From Camelus dromedarius (taxonomy: Eukaryota): DNA of 64,000 nucleotides. Below, piece after piece: positions 1-13,114 of the stretch. The position numbers and the translations under genes are program-made. Each line of letters opens with the position of its first letter. Position 1 is the first letter of the stretch. The stretch covers positions 95,048,001-95,112,000 of the forward strand of contig NC_087437.1 in the NCBI RefSeq assembly GCF_036321535.1, written 5' to 3'. Under the pieces are notes generated by a model, which ran no database searches, was not told where the DNA came from, and saw only the letters and a list, made by a program, of their open reading frames with translations.

Positions 1-3000
1 TCTCATTTTCTTCTAGTTTTCCTCATTTGATAGTCATTTCCCTCGATTATGTTGTTTTTAATATCTATTTTGTCAAGGTCCTAAAGTATAACATGAATTT
101 TGAGGAAGCTGTGTTTTTTTTTTTTTCCCAGTAAAAATTTAGATACCTTTTAACTTTTTCTTGTTTTCAGCTAAATATTTCATTTTCTCTGAAAGTTCTG
201 TCAGTCTCCTGAGGTGGAGTGCTGTTCTGGAGCAGGAGATTTAAAATGCATTAATAAGCTAGATACTTACCTTCCCACCTTCATTTCCCACTAAAACCAT
301 CTTCGAACTGCCTTTCCTGGTATAAAATGACGATTCTTGGCAGGGAAGATAAACAAAAGAAAATTTATGAGATTCAGTTTTTCTTTTCTGATAATATTTT
401 ATAGTGATTGAAAACTGAAATGCCTGTATAGGGCCTGTGTAAGGAAGGCAGTGTATTAGGTCTAAGGGATGGTTGGCTGGATGTTGCCATGGGGCCATGT
501 GGACTTAATATAGACAGACTTATGAGTTTTTAAGAAAAGGTATAAATCTATGTTTAAGGTAAAGTCTCCCAACTGAAAAGTGGGAACAATTAAGTCTGAA
601 TTAATAATAATAATAATAATATAACAACAACAATTCCAAGTCCTCACACCAAGTGTGGCCCACAGGTCACCATTTTGTATCTGCAGTGTTACGTCATCCA
701 TCCCCATACAGAACCGACCTGTCTGTTGCTGCTTATTCCTACTCTAAATGTGTCGGTATCCCTCACTGTCTGCTGTCTTCAGCCTTTTGGAAGCTGTTAC
801 TTTTCTGGTGTTTGACTTTCCTGTATTGTTACTAGCTAAATGGTTACATAATGGCTTATCTATTTAACCCAAAGCTTCTGCTTTTATTTGAGTCATTTAC
901 ATTTACAAATTGTATTTGTTAAGCCTGGCAAAATGATCAGTTTGACTGTTTATGTTTATTCTTTTGTCCTAAAGCTAACAAACAAAGAAAACAAAACCAC
1001 AAGCCCTTTGATGAGCGAAGAGTCCCTGATGAACTGAATAAATAAATATGTTCTTGCATAAGAAGAGAAATTATCAACACAGACAATCTAAAGGTTTACT
1101 GATTGCTATTAAGAGACACACCACTGTGTTGCATATGAATTACAGAGAATGAACACACATTTAAAAAATCTGAAGAAATAAAAATAAAATTGGGGCTATG
1201 GCTGAATTGCAAAGAAGCTTTTATCTTTTTTAAAAATTTATTACAGGATCCTTTCTAAAGCCTAGTTTTCCATATTTGTTTTATTATTTGTTTATAGATC
1301 ATTAGCTATTTGACAGAAATATTATCAACAGAGAAGTTTAATCTAAAGGGTCAGGAATCATTGCCAATTGAATATTAACCAGAAATGAAAATAAAGCATT
1401 TCTGAAATAATTTATCAGTGAAAAATGTTATTTAATTTACAAAATATTGATTTATGCACAGTTTTCAAGAGCATATCTAGCATTTCTGTGAGGAAACCTT
1501 GTGCATAATTCATACATGTTTCCAGAATAACATTTGGATAACATTAGAGGATAACTTTAGCCAACACAGAAATGGGATAATCCGCTCAGGTGTTCAACAT
1601 ACACTGCAAAGCTAAAAATATATGAGGAAACTTTTGTTAAGTCTTAAAAAAAAAAAAGACTGAAACCGGTCATTTCTTACTAATTACTGAGTAAGTTAAA
1701 TATTTCTACATGTAGAAATTTCTCATCTTCATTATGTTTTACTGTAAAGCACATAGAATTTCTTTTTGTCATCCAACGACTCATCCTGCTGGAAGAATAT
1801 GGCAGAGTCCCACTGGGGATTATTAAGAGCATTAGTCATGTTAGACATCTATCAGGGGCAGCCCTCCTCATGCTAAATTCTAGAGCCACCGCTCACGAAT
1901 AATGGGAGATGCTCACAGGCATGAGGCAGGGAATAACGCGGGAGGGGGAGAAGGTCAAGGCACGGGCAGGGGAAGAGGTCACAGGCAGTAATGTGCCCTG
2001 AGCAGTGAGCGCTGATTCATTTGAAGCTGGAAGCCATCACCGGCATCTCATTGTCCATAGGAGGAATGGTTAAAGATGAGTATTGTTTGATGCTCTGACA
2101 AAATAGCTTGCTAAGCATAATGGAGTCTTCATCACTTAAAAGGGCAGCCATGACTTCCACATGTATTTGGAAATTATTTCTATACATGAGAACTGCAGCC
2201 TTTAAAATAATGTCATGAGAACCTGTTAGCTAATTTGCCTAAGTCTTGTTGCCTAAGCTAATTGCCCCTGGGCTGGAGCTGTGTTACTTCTCCCTGTTTC
2301 CTTCCATGTAAAGACTCTCCCTTCTTTGTGAACCACAGAGACGTTATGTTTGATTTATTTTCTTGGGAGAAAGCACCTTGTGTTTAGATGCATTGGTATT
2401 ATTGAGCTGATTATGTCTCCCTGCCTGAGAACCAGGTTCAGCCTCTTATTCCCCTGGCTTTTCTAATGCTGTTCCTCTGCTCAGGGCTGCTCCGTCCAGA
2501 CTCATTCTGTTCTCTCCTTTTCCCCCTCTTTCCCCCATCCCAGCTGCTGTTTGGCCTAATGAATAAATATGGGTGTCTCCTCCAGAAACCCTTCGCCACC
2601 CCTTCTACCCACCCATTGTAGATTTGATGTACTTCTTATGTGTTTCCCCAGCACCCTGTGCAGAACTGTGACCTGGCCCATGGTCATGCTGGATTACAGT
2701 TACTTATCTAGGGCTCTGTTCAAACTCATCGGGTCTATATCTACTTCACTGTTACAACAAACATATTCAGTGAATTAATGTGACTCAGCACGTGGGTTTC
2801 TTTGCTTTGACAGGAATTATAAAAGGAATTAATACTTCCTCTTATTCTTGGGTGAAAAAACTTTCTTCTTTTAGAAACAGAGACGTGAGTAATTGGAAAG
2901 AAGAAATACCAGAACTGCCAAATATCACAAATCTTCATCCTAGTGTTAGGAAAAAAGTCTTGAAACAACCAATGGTAGGAATGTTGTAAAGCACCAGATT

Positions 3001-3379
3001 TGTAAGTAATTTATGAATGGGGGCTCTCAATAGTTGGTGTTTACTGGATCCTACAAAATGGGTTGGATAGGACTCTGGATGTCTACTTTTGCTTGGAATT
3101 TGTAGCTTTTGCTGTGATTTTCCTTTGGACCTACTGTAGTGTAGCGAGGGAAGAAGCATGACTTGGATCCTGACGTGGTTGTTGCTGGTTTTGAACCTGC
3201 CACCATGTATCTTTTCGCCACGCCAGGAGTGAGTTGGTTTCTTCACCTGTAAAGTGTGGGTATGGAAACAGTGATATTCTGGCCATTTCCAGAATTTAAA
3301 TTCTGTAGTTTTTAACCTAGGAAAACACAATGAGCTGGACTATTGAACCCTGCGTTTTCCCCAGCCAGTCTTTCAGTCG

Positions 3380-3600
3380 AGTGTAGTGACTGTAAGGGAA
3401 TGGGCTTCAGAAATAGAATGTGAAATCTGGCCCCACTGCTAACAGCCATGTCACCTTAACAGCCTGTCTCACTTTTCTGTTTCCTTATCAGTGAAAATGG
3501 AAATAATAGGGTTGCTGTGAAGGTTAAATATGTTTATATATAAAGTGTTTAAAATAGTGTTTGATATGCTCTAATGTCTATGTAAGTGTGAATTGTGGTT
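3380..3600 (+). mobile_element. MIR SINE relic
   Basis: Degenerate MIR core 'ctgtttccttatcagtgaaaatggaaataatagggttgctgtgaaggttaaat'; boundaries approximate. Confidence 0.7.
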
Positions 3601-3654
3601 TTTTTTTTATTACTGTTTTGCTGACTGGTCATTTTTATCAAGTTTTTTTTTTTA

Positions 3655-3871
3655 ATTAACAGATACAGACTACTATATACAGAGTAGATAAACAACAAGG
3701 TTCTATTTATAGCACAGGGAACTATATTTAGTGCCTTGTAATAGCTTATAATGAAAAAAATATGAAAAAGAATATCTGTGTATGTATAACTGAATCACTA
3801 TACTGTACACCAGAAACTAACACAATATTGTAAAGAACTATACTTCAATTCAAAAAAAAACTGAACTAAAA
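3655..3871 (+). mobile_element. 5'-truncated LINE-1 3'UTR fragment (Laurasiatherian-type)
   Basis: 'agataaacaacaagg...agcacagggaactatatt...ataactgaatcact...tgtacaccagaaactaacaca...tatacttcaatt' plus A-tail. It matches the 3' ends at 25606, 31625 and 49261. Imperfect TSD caag(a)T-run-aa at 3639-3655 and 3872-3887. Confidence 0.9.
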
Positions 3872-4770
3872 CAAGATTTTTTTTTAAAGAAACTAGTTTA
3901 TGATAGTTGCTCAGTATAGACCCTGACTTACAAACCCTAAACATAAAAATTTTCCCTACAGAAATATCCCTCCAAAACCTTAAGACCTCTTACCAGAGAT
4001 TTAAAAAAAATAACAAATAAACTCAAGCGGAAGTGTAAACATTGTTAAAAGAAAATCCAGAGTTAATTTGACAGTTGGAGCCGGATTTCTGGGTAGATTG
4101 CCATGCCAATGTGATAGCCATTTCTATCTGAATAAAGCCAAATATATTATTGTTTATGCTGTACAAAAATGCCAACAATTAGAGGCTATATCAGGTTTCT
4201 TTCCCCTCCCCAATTTAAAAAAAAATGTTAATACCTCTAAGAGGATTAAGAGATTTGCAATTTACTGTGAATTGTTTTAATCAGATTAAAGGTCCTCTTT
4301 TACTTGGAGTTCAGCTCTTTAGCACTTGGGGAATGAAGTTTTCATTTGGAGTGTGGGATGGTGGCAGACAGTGGGAAGTGTCAGGGATGGAGAGGGGTGG
4401 TGCCCTTTTGGATCCTGGAGTAATATGGGAGACCAAACCGTAGAGTGAAATTTAAAGTGGGGAGGGCGGGTAGAGGAGTACCAGTAACAAACTTCACATG
4501 TGAAAAATGTTCTTTGAATCCAGCTCCCGTCTTTACTTCTTAAGTCCTTCCTTCAAGAAACCAAAAACCAGATTAGAAGCATTAATACTGTGGTACAAGG
4601 ACCTGATTTTTAGATGAGCCATTGACATAAGTTTGGGAAATTATGTCATTTTTAGAATAATTAGGTGGGTAAGAGTTCAGCCTCTAGAGTAATTCATTCA
4701 TTTAATAAATAATGACTTCACATTCTGTCTGTCTGGCTGTGCTGTAATCATTACCACTGACTGGCACTAC

Positions 4771-5321
4771 TGTTTTAAAATGTACCCAGGATTTGTTTTA
4801 ATCCTGTATGGTAAGACATGCAGACGCACAACTGTCGTGAAGTTTTTTACTTACAGATCCCAAGAAACAGGAGGTGCAGGATGCCATGCAGGGGCACCCC
4901 CACCTGGAGAAGCAGGTTGGGAGGCAGAAGGAAGAAAGGGGAGAGCTTGGGCAAAAGCCTTTTTGTGGCTTTCAAGAGAAAGAATGAGTAAGGCAGGATT
5001 TGAAGGCTGAGCAAATTTAGGATTGAATCGTTTCAATGACTTCAGCAGGTTGTCAGCTACAGGGAAGGTGCCTAACCAGGAACCTGGTCCTGGGGTGATC
5101 AGGGCAGAGGACTATTGCCTTTGGGAGAATAAGAGTGAGATAGATGAGGTGTTTCAGTATGTGGGCTCTGGACTGGTTGGTATGTATTTGAGGGGTGTGT
5201 CCATCAGTGTTTGCCGCCTCTCGAAATTGACTAGCCCTATGAAAGGTGGTCTCTCCCAGTCAGCGAGGCCCCAGATACAGAGCGCCAAGAATACAAAAAA
5301 TAAGAAAATGTAGTTAATATA
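4771..5321 (-). mobile_element. Solo LTR, ERVL-class (LTR47-like)
   Basis: Ends read tgttttaaaa...gttaatata; internal 'cttacagatcccaagaaacaggagg', 'cctggggtgatcagggcag' and 'gcgaggccccagat' resemble the recalled eutherian ERVL LTR consensus in reverse. Subfamily name tentative. Confidence 0.7.
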
Positions 5322-5430
5322 TTAGCAAACTGTGTGAACTTGGTTATATTGGTTAAGTTTTCTAACCCTGAGTTTCCTCATCTGATGGTAGTAATACCTA
5401 CCTTGAAGAGTTTTGAGATTAAATGGAAAA
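5322..5430 (+). mobile_element. MIR core (probably the 3' part of a MIR interrupted by the LTR)
   Basis: 'tgtgtgaacttgg...ctgagtttcctcatctg...gtaatacctaccttgaagagttttgagattaaatg'. Confidence 0.7.
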
Positions 5431-5537
5431 AGGCATTATTTTCCTCCTAAAAATACTTAATTAGTAGAAGGTCAGAGTCCAAAAAGGTGATATGGAAATG
5501 AAGTGGGAGTTCAAACCCATACTAAGTTTCCAAGACC

Positions 5538-5605
5538 GTGTGTGTGTGTGTGTGTGTGTGTCTGTGTGTGTCTGTGTGTGTGTCTGTGTGTGTGTCTGTG
5601 TGTGT
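5538..5605. repeat. Compound (GT)n/(GTCT) microsatellite
   Basis: Directly visible GT repeat with periodic CT interruptions. Confidence 0.95.
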
Positions 5606-6679
5606 TGGTGAGACAAGTTGTAAATTTTGGCACTTAGATTATTCAGTGAAGACATCATCTCAGTCTCACAAACAGATCAAGTTTACCTATAGAACATTTA
5701 CCTCCAAATCTTAACACACATAAATCTTATAAATATTATTTTTTATCTCTTCATAAGAATATATTTTCTGGGAAAGCAGCCGAATATTAGAGTAGTGCTT
5801 TTTAGTGCTAAGTACCAATTAACAGCACGAATGTCAGAAGAACTTACAAGAGGGCAGGGAGAGTTCTAGGGAGGTTTCAAGGCCAGAGGAGCAGTCTATT
5901 TGTAATGTTGCTGTTAGTTCCAGGGCGGCACATCCACCTTTGTATTGTTGTTCTTCCTCCTGACCCCGCATCCCCAGCGTGCATGTCACTGCGGCTTGCT
6001 TGACAGGTGCTCACAGTCACTTTTTGAGGAAGCCTCTTGGTCTTCCTTACTCACAGACCCTCTTCAAGGCACTGTATATACTCTTATTCAAAACACTGTG
6101 TCAGCTTCTGTATTGATTCCTTTCCAAGATTATTTGAACTCTGCTTTTTACAATAGTCTCACATATCTGTGAGAGGTGACCCATGACTGTATTACAGAAT
6201 TAAATACCCCCAGTAGTTGCCACACACTTAGCACAGAGGGGGTGCTCAGTCAATATCTGTCTCACGGACAAAGTCTGAACTGACCATTTTAGCATTCTAA
6301 AAACAATAACGTGTACCTAATGAAAAAATAATAAATCCTCCCACAAATGAAAGATAAATAAGGCTGTGTTATCTGACATTTTAGCTATCCTTTATGTTAA
6401 TTATTTTTTCTGTAAATGGAACAGTAAAGAACTCACTGTGTTTGGGTTTGCCTTGAAGAGTGCTAAGGAGAGAGATTTAAATGTTTGTTCCTCTGAGTAA
6501 TCTGCAGTGATGAGCTGTATGTTTGAGGTTGTGGAGAAACATCTAGAGAATTTAAGACCTTATGCTATTAAAAAAGGAAATTTAAAAAATTGCTTGATGC
6601 CTTTCTGAAAGTCATTCATAAATAGATGGGCATAAAAGGTCCAGTGTGATTTTCTCTTATTCTTTAGGCCATTTGTTAT

Positions 6680-7640
6680 GTGAAATAATTTTTACTGGGT
6701 ACCTGTTATTGGTGAGAGACTTCTAGGTACCAGTAATCTGAAGATGGATTTAGTAACGGTCCCTACGTTCAAAGTTCACATTGTTTGATAATTGATAATA
6801 ATTAGAATATGATGAAGAAATATATATAGGAAGAGAAGTTCAAGGAGGGAAAATGTACTTCCTACTAGGATCAGGGAGTATTTAAAGAATAATAAAAGTC
6901 AGTATTGAAGAATATCCCTTCTTCTGCTTGCCCCTCAGACTAAGCAGAAGAAACACATATGTGTAGGCAAAGACAAGATAAATTGTGTTGGACGCTGAAG
7001 AAACCAGAAATAGCTTGGGATTAATTATAGATCAGGTGCCTATAAGGATAAACCTGTGGTCAGAATATGAAGGTTCTCTTATTCTATTGCTAAGTAGATT
7101 GAATTTCATTATGTGGCAAAGGAAGGGTTTTTAGGTGGGAAGAATCTGCTCACTTGGGTGGGAGAGAAAGATCTCTCAACCAGCGGCATGGACAGTGGAT
7201 TGAACGGGTAGAATACTTGATACAGTGAGAAGTCTTCGAAGGCTTTTAAAATAATGAAGGGGACAGATGATGAATAAATACAGTGTTAATGGAAATGAAG
7301 CAAAGGGAAAAAGCAAGGGGGTGGTGGAATGAGTAGATGGAACTGGTGTAATACATGCAAAATGGGGGGATTTCTCGTGACTCAGACGGCTCCCTGGGCA
7401 GCATGAATTTCAGTAATAAGGGAGGAACAATATGTATGGAGGAAACACTGTGACTTGTATCTTGGTAGGTTGAGTTTATGATTCCAGTGAGTTGTCCACA
7501 TGAGCATTCTACAGTGCCTGACATGCTAAAAAAGTTGTCTCTAGATTTTAAGAGAATTATTTAATTTTGAGATACAGCTTTGGGAGAAACCTTAGTATTC
7601 GTGGTAAGAAAAGTTTCTCCTATGAGAGGCTTGAGGGTAA
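6680..7640 (-). mobile_element. L2 LINE relic
   Basis: Starts with a reverse L2 3' end ('tttactgggtacctgttatt...ggtccctacgttcaaagttcaca'), then a purine-rich degenerate L2 body; approximate. Confidence 0.55.
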
Positions 7641-8795
7641 AGAGAGAAGGACCTAAATAAAACAAGTTCTCCCTGCCTGTTTTTGTTATTATTTTTACTT
7701 TTTGTTTTGTTTTTATTTTGTTATTATTATTACTATTTAGGTGACAGTAATATAAGCCTGTACAGAAGATTAGAGGTATGTATTATTAAAGAAGGAAATA
7801 TTAAAGGAAATGATCATTTCTGAATCTCAGTTTTGAATGGTTACCCTTTGAGAAGTACATTACAATTTCAATATGCACTATTGATTTAGAAAAAAAACAT
7901 GGAGTCTGGAGTAGATTCATGTTACAATTCAATGCCACAAATATTTGCTGAGTAATCACCATGTAACATTATCTGGGATAAACATTAGAAATATAAAAGT
8001 GATTCAGACAAAGCCCTAGTCCAAAGAACCCCAGGTCGTGTGAACGCTGATGTGTGATCTTAGGTAAGTTTTGTTCTTTGGAATTGTAAGCTTTCCTAAT
8101 TTTGAAAATACAGTGTTGATTCATGATTGTGCTAAGTTCAGAAAGAGTTTCTGGAACAAGTGTGGCAAAAACAGATTATGAAGAAAGATATTTAAGGGCA
8201 GGCCTATATGAGGTAATTGAATGTAGAAATTATAGGCTCACAAAATCTCAGAGTGGGAAGGCAACAGAGAGGTGTCTGGGCAAAAGGATAATAAGACAGA
8301 AATGTGTTTATGTTCACATATTAGGGCCTTAATGTGTTTCTCCTCTTACTTGCAAAGAGAAGACACCTACTTACCTTAGCAATGCTAAACTACTTATTCT
8401 TTCCAACTTCTCAAGTCTCATCTTTCAAAGTGCTGTTTCTTCCTCCTACCCCTCTGCCTAATTAGTGCTCAGCACATCCAAGGTGGGTCAGGCAACAAGT
8501 CCAGGAGGACATCTGGGCTCCCATGCCCTCCACCCCATCTTCCAGTTTTTCAAGCCTTAGTGAATTGGCCCTTCTCTCTGCCACTGTAGTAACCTGTGTA
8601 TACCTTTACTGAAGGCTGTATGAATTAGAATTTTTTGTTCGTTTCCAGTGGCAGATTGAGTGAGTTGAGGGCAGAGAGAATTTCTTTCTGATCTCTGTAC
8701 GTCTAGAACTCAACAGTTATACCCTACCTCCCCAAACCAAACGGGGGGGGGGGGTAGCTGCTACTTCGTTTGCCAGAACTGGAGTGAGGGGACTT

Positions 8796-9000
8796 AAGGG
8801 CTTCTTAAGCTTAGCGCTAATGATATTTTGGGTCCGATGGTTCTTTTGGAGGCTGTCTTCTTCCTTGTAAGATGTTTAGCAGCCTCCTTGGCCTGTATCC
8901 CTGGATGTCAATAGCATCCCTCTAGCTGCGAGAGACAGAAGTGTCTCCAGACATTGCCAAGCCCCTGAGGGGAACAATTACCTCAAGTTGTGAACCGCCG
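8796..9000 (-). mobile_element. MER20 hAT-Charlie MITE
   Basis: 'gatgtttagcagcctccttggcctgtatccctggatgtcaatagc...gtgtctccagacattgccaa...gttgtgaaccgccg' matches MER20 over about 200 bp. Confidence 0.85.
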
Positions 9001-9270
9001 CCTTAGATCCACATGAGGAGACTACTCGAACAGTCCATCTGTCAGTGCCTCATTGAGGTTACCTGCATATTAACCATTTCAATAGGAATCATACCTATAC
9101 AAACACACATATATACTTGTGTGTGTATGTATGTATATGCATGTGTACACACACACAGTATTTTTTTCTCTGTCTTGCAAAAAAAAAAAAACTGTTGTAG
9201 ATATTTAGCAAACAAACAACAACCAGTCATCCTGCCAGTATGCTTTTATGAAGTGATAAAGCTTGAAAGT

Positions 9271-9295
9271 TGTGTGTGTGTGTGTGTGTGTGTGT
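9271..9295. repeat. (TG)n microsatellite
   Basis: Pure TG run. Confidence 0.95.
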
Positions 9296-9688
9296 TTCTT
9301 ACTGGCTCAGTTCAGCCTATTCTGTATTGATTTTTATTGAAAATGAGTTCTGTTAATATATCAGGAAAGCCAACGCTTACAGACTAAATTTGCTAGCATG
9401 AACTCCTCAAATCCTCTTTCATGAGGAGATACACAATAAGAGAAACCAAATAGAGTGATGTGGTGATGCCTTGTGGGGAAGACTTACATTACATAGAGCA
9501 CTCAGGGAAAGGTTTGAAGAGGAGACTTTCAAGCTAAAATCTAAGGGTTAAGAATGAATGCACAAAACCGTGGCAAATAGTAAGTGCTAAGGATCTGAGG
9601 TGGGAAAAGCTTGGTAAGAGGAACAGAAGGGGCGTTTTGTCCAAGTGTGGTGATAAACAGGGAGGGTGTTGTAAAATGTCATCACTCA

Positions 9689-10000
9689 GCAGTGGTCTGT
9701 GCTAACTGGCAGAGGTATTTGGTTTATTTCACATTGTTTAAAAATTTTAGGCAACATTTAAAAATTGTAGATTCACAGAAACGTTCAGATTTCTCGCTTC
9801 TTTTGAGACATTAGATGGTCTGATCACTTCAGAGTCATCCTCACGTGTGGAAGCTGTCACTTGGGAGCTGGATCAAGGCAGTCTCCCTGTACCCAGGCTT
9901 GCGTGGCACCCTGCACTTAGACTGTATACGCTCGCGTCCTAAGGCTTGGCCTGTGTTGTCCCATTAACTACCTTCATGGCCCTGCAGGTATGTGCTCTTC
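9689..10000. mobile_element. hAT-Charlie relic (MER102-like), within an L2-like region (~9440-10420)
   Basis: 'caacatttaaaaattgtagattcacagaaacgttcagatttctcgcttcttttgagacattagatggtctg' resembles MER102. Confidence 0.55.
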
Positions 10001-12246
10001 ATTCTCTAAGTACTATGATCTGCTTCAAAAACAGAAAAGGTTACTCAGTAAGCTCTGGAAGGTTAGATTACAGAGGCAAGAGTGGAAATGGGGAGGACAT
10101 TTAAGAGGATGCTGCAGATGGGGGTTGATAGTGGCTCAGTCTGAAGTGGTACCAGGGAGACAGGGAGAGAAGTGGCCCAGGCCTCTGTGTGGCACAGTTT
10201 CAGGTGCATCCTTGGTGCTGCTGTGAGTGACCAGTCCCTGGAGGACGGGCCCCAAGTGTGATGACAGTGGGGCCTCCTGGACTTGTGCGGTGTAATGGTC
10301 CTGAAGGAAGGATTTGGAATATGCCTTGCAGGGAGAAATAAAGGATCTGGCTGATGGATTTGCCCTGTGTAGAAGCAACAGTAGTTCAGGAAAGGAAAGA
10401 ATATCATGAATTACCGAACTTTGATTTGGATTTTCTTTGTTTAGTTACAGATGGAATTTGTTAGAATTAATTTATGTCAGTATTAAAAGTGTAAGGTGCA
10501 TTATATAAAACAGCAGAATAGACACTTCTGGCTTTGAGTGTACAGGAGTCATTATTTTCCATCTGGTTCTCTAAACAAGTGTCATATGAAAAGTGTCCTG
10601 GTAGCTTGAATGTATGGATTCATGTCTGCGAGGTATTTATAAACACACGATGTGAATTCTTGCCCTTTCTAGCATTTTAATGGTTTCACATTAAATGGTA
10701 GGTCATTATACTTTTCACTGAGACAGTGAAGGGTGATTAACTCCATCTGGGTTCAACCAGTGTAATTTTAGAGGCTACAAATATTGTTACAAGTCAGGTT
10801 AAGGTTTAAAGGTGAAAGTATGGTGAAGCTTGACTGAGTGACTTTTACAGCATCGAGTTAATGTACACAAACAAAGAAAGTCTTGTTTTCTTTCCATTAC
10901 GAGTGCAGAGAACAAATGACTAGCTTGTTATAGAGAGGAAAATGTGAAAATTAGGTTGGTCTACAATAAAATTCGTGCTGTATGAACCCATTTACTCAGT
11001 ATTTCAAATTGAAAGTTCTTTTTAAAGCCCTGTTTAACATTGCTGAGATTCAGAAACTTTAGACCCTGGATGCCTGCCCTTCTGTTGAGATAAGACCATC
11101 CTAGCATCAACAGATTTACTATCTTTTACATAAAGAAGGCAATTTACCACAATAAATACACTAGCACACTCTTAGAGGGGAAAATTGCCATTTTCTCTCC
11201 ACTGACTGTTTTTAATAGATCCAACTCCCCCCAAATGCTTCCATTTCTCTCTATTTCTCTGAGTAAGTACTTTGGGTAACTTGATATAGCCTTTTCCTTT
11301 ACACTAGTTAGATTCAAATCTTGGAGACTGGATTTCAGTCAAGGAATGGTGTGTGAAGGCATAAGGTTGCTTCTCATGACCCAGGGATGGGATTAGGGGA
11401 CTAAAACTTCCTTTTAAAGTTGTGTTTAGTATCTACATTGATCTTAAAGGCAGATGAGAAATGAAGTCTGATGCTTGAGTAGACTAATTTTGCACAAATG
11501 ACTAGATTTTTTGAGGTTGCTTATGTAGGACCTAAGTCTTAAAACTATACTTTAATATTTGAAACATTAAAAACCTTATATCTATTAAATTGGCCACTCT
11601 CTTCCCCTTTAATATTTATACTCTTTTTTACTGATAGTTTTTGCTTTGGTTGGAATTTCTGTCAAAATATGACAGGATTTTGTGGGGGGAAAAACATTTG
11701 ACTTAACAGATTTTAGATGTAAGCTCGAAAGAATTTAGGGAACATTTTGTTTTTACAGAAGTTGAATAGATTTGACTGTTTGGAGGCCCTGAAAAAAAAA
11801 TTCAGAGGAATTAACAATAATGGGCAAAGTAAATAGCTTTCATTTGGACTAACTGATCCTTTAAAAAACATAGCAGCCTGATCTGACATCTTTCAAGTTG
11901 TAAAGGTTGGGGTGAGATGAGTAGGTCTGGTCCCTGGGGTCATGGCGGAAATGCAGGGGTCAAGGCTTCACACTTAGCCTTATGTCAACAGCGTCATGCC
12001 CTAATAAGTCTCAGAACTGACCTGACTGGGTTCAACTACTTATAGAAGCATATTACGTACCCTCCTCAGCTTAGAAAAGTGAGTAAATGAAGGCTTTTAG
12101 GCCTTTGTATTACTGCCTAAACTGGATGCAAATTCAAAGGATTTACACCTATGAGGGGAAAAAAGCCTTAAAGTTAATTTTACTCAGGATTTGAGTATTT
12201 GTTCAGTTGATTTTTTTCTTAGAGATGCTTAGAAAGTACATATGTT

Positions 12247-12449
12247 GGGGAGGATAGTAGCTCAGTAGTAGAGCACGTGCTTAGCATGCACGATGTCCTG
12301 GGTTCAATCCCCAGTACCTCTGTTTAAATAAATGAATAAATAAATTAAATAAATAAATAAACCTAATGACCGCCCCCAAAACAAAACAAAACAAAACCCA
12401 ACAAATAAAAACAACATCTAGAGGGAGGGCCTCTTGAAAAAAAGAATAA
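12247..12449 (+). mobile_element. tRNA-Ala-derived SINE (camelid Vic-1 type)
   Basis: A box 'tagctcagtagtag', anticodon arm 'gcttagcatgc', B box 'ggttcaatccc', (AAAT)n, 'cctaatgaccgccccc', A-rich tail. Degenerate TSD aaagtacatatgt (12233-12245) / aatgtatgtatgt (12450-12462). Confidence 0.9.
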
Positions 12450-12519
12450 AATGTATGTATGTGTATATTTTATGCACATACCTGTGAATATCTTATTTCT
12501 TAAAATTAATCTTGTAGGT

Positions 12520-12538
12520 ACACACACACACACACACA
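12520..12538. repeat. (AC)n microsatellite
   Basis: Direct observation. Confidence 0.9.
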
Positions 12539-13114
12539 TGGTTATGGAACATGCCTGATTCAAGAGCAAAAATTAATTCCACTTTATTTTGCTTGAATTC
12601 AGTCCTCTGGTGGTCAGAAATGATTTCCTGATGACATCGATGATTAAATTTAGTTGGGGTCTCTCATGGTGGAGATGAGAAGAGGAGAACTGACAATCCT
12701 TAGCACAATATAGTGAAACACTTAAAATATCATCCAGCTTTTCTGCCACTCCATGGCAAGCTGGATATAAGTACTCTGGTCTCTAGCTCAAATCTTGGCA
12801 TGTTCTTTGGTCCTCACTACTGCTTTGGTTTTTGGAAAAGTGGAAGAACCTGACCTGTTTCATAGCTTTTTTTGAACAAGGCTTTTTGTTGCCCTGGGAA
12901 ACACTGATTGCACATGGAGATGCTTGAATGTCTTGATGTCATCTGGTGTAAGACCAATTTGGGATCACGTTGTAGTTCAAGACCTTGATTGAGACCACAT
13001 GAGTCTCTTGTGCCTGCTGCCTTGACTTTACTACTTGAGGCAGAGTTGACTCAGGGCATGGTTCCAAGGGTGTGTGTATTCTATTTAAGTAGTGGTCCTG
13101 GAGTTGTGCAGCTT

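Noticed and set aside
1009..1037. TGATGA...CTGA resembling snoRNA C/D boxes
   Set aside because: Too short (under 30 nt) and no terminal stem.
3135..3260. Perfect Kozak GCCACCATG (3199-3207) followed by GGA|GTGAGT, plus an upstream signal-peptide-like ORF (MTWILTWLLLVL...): possible first exon
   Set aside because: The surrounding sequence reads as a degenerate MIR (head, gccac, 'gtttcttcacctgtaaa' core). There is no promoter context and the peptides match nothing I recognise.
8724..8760. G12 run able to pair with upstream ctacctcccc
   Set aside because: Low-complexity homopolymer with no further support for function.
12247..12320. tRNA-Ala(AGC)-like sequence (also at 60689-60772)
   Set aside because: Acceptor stem is poor, and it is followed by SINE body, A-rich tail and TSD; these are SINE heads, not tRNA genes.
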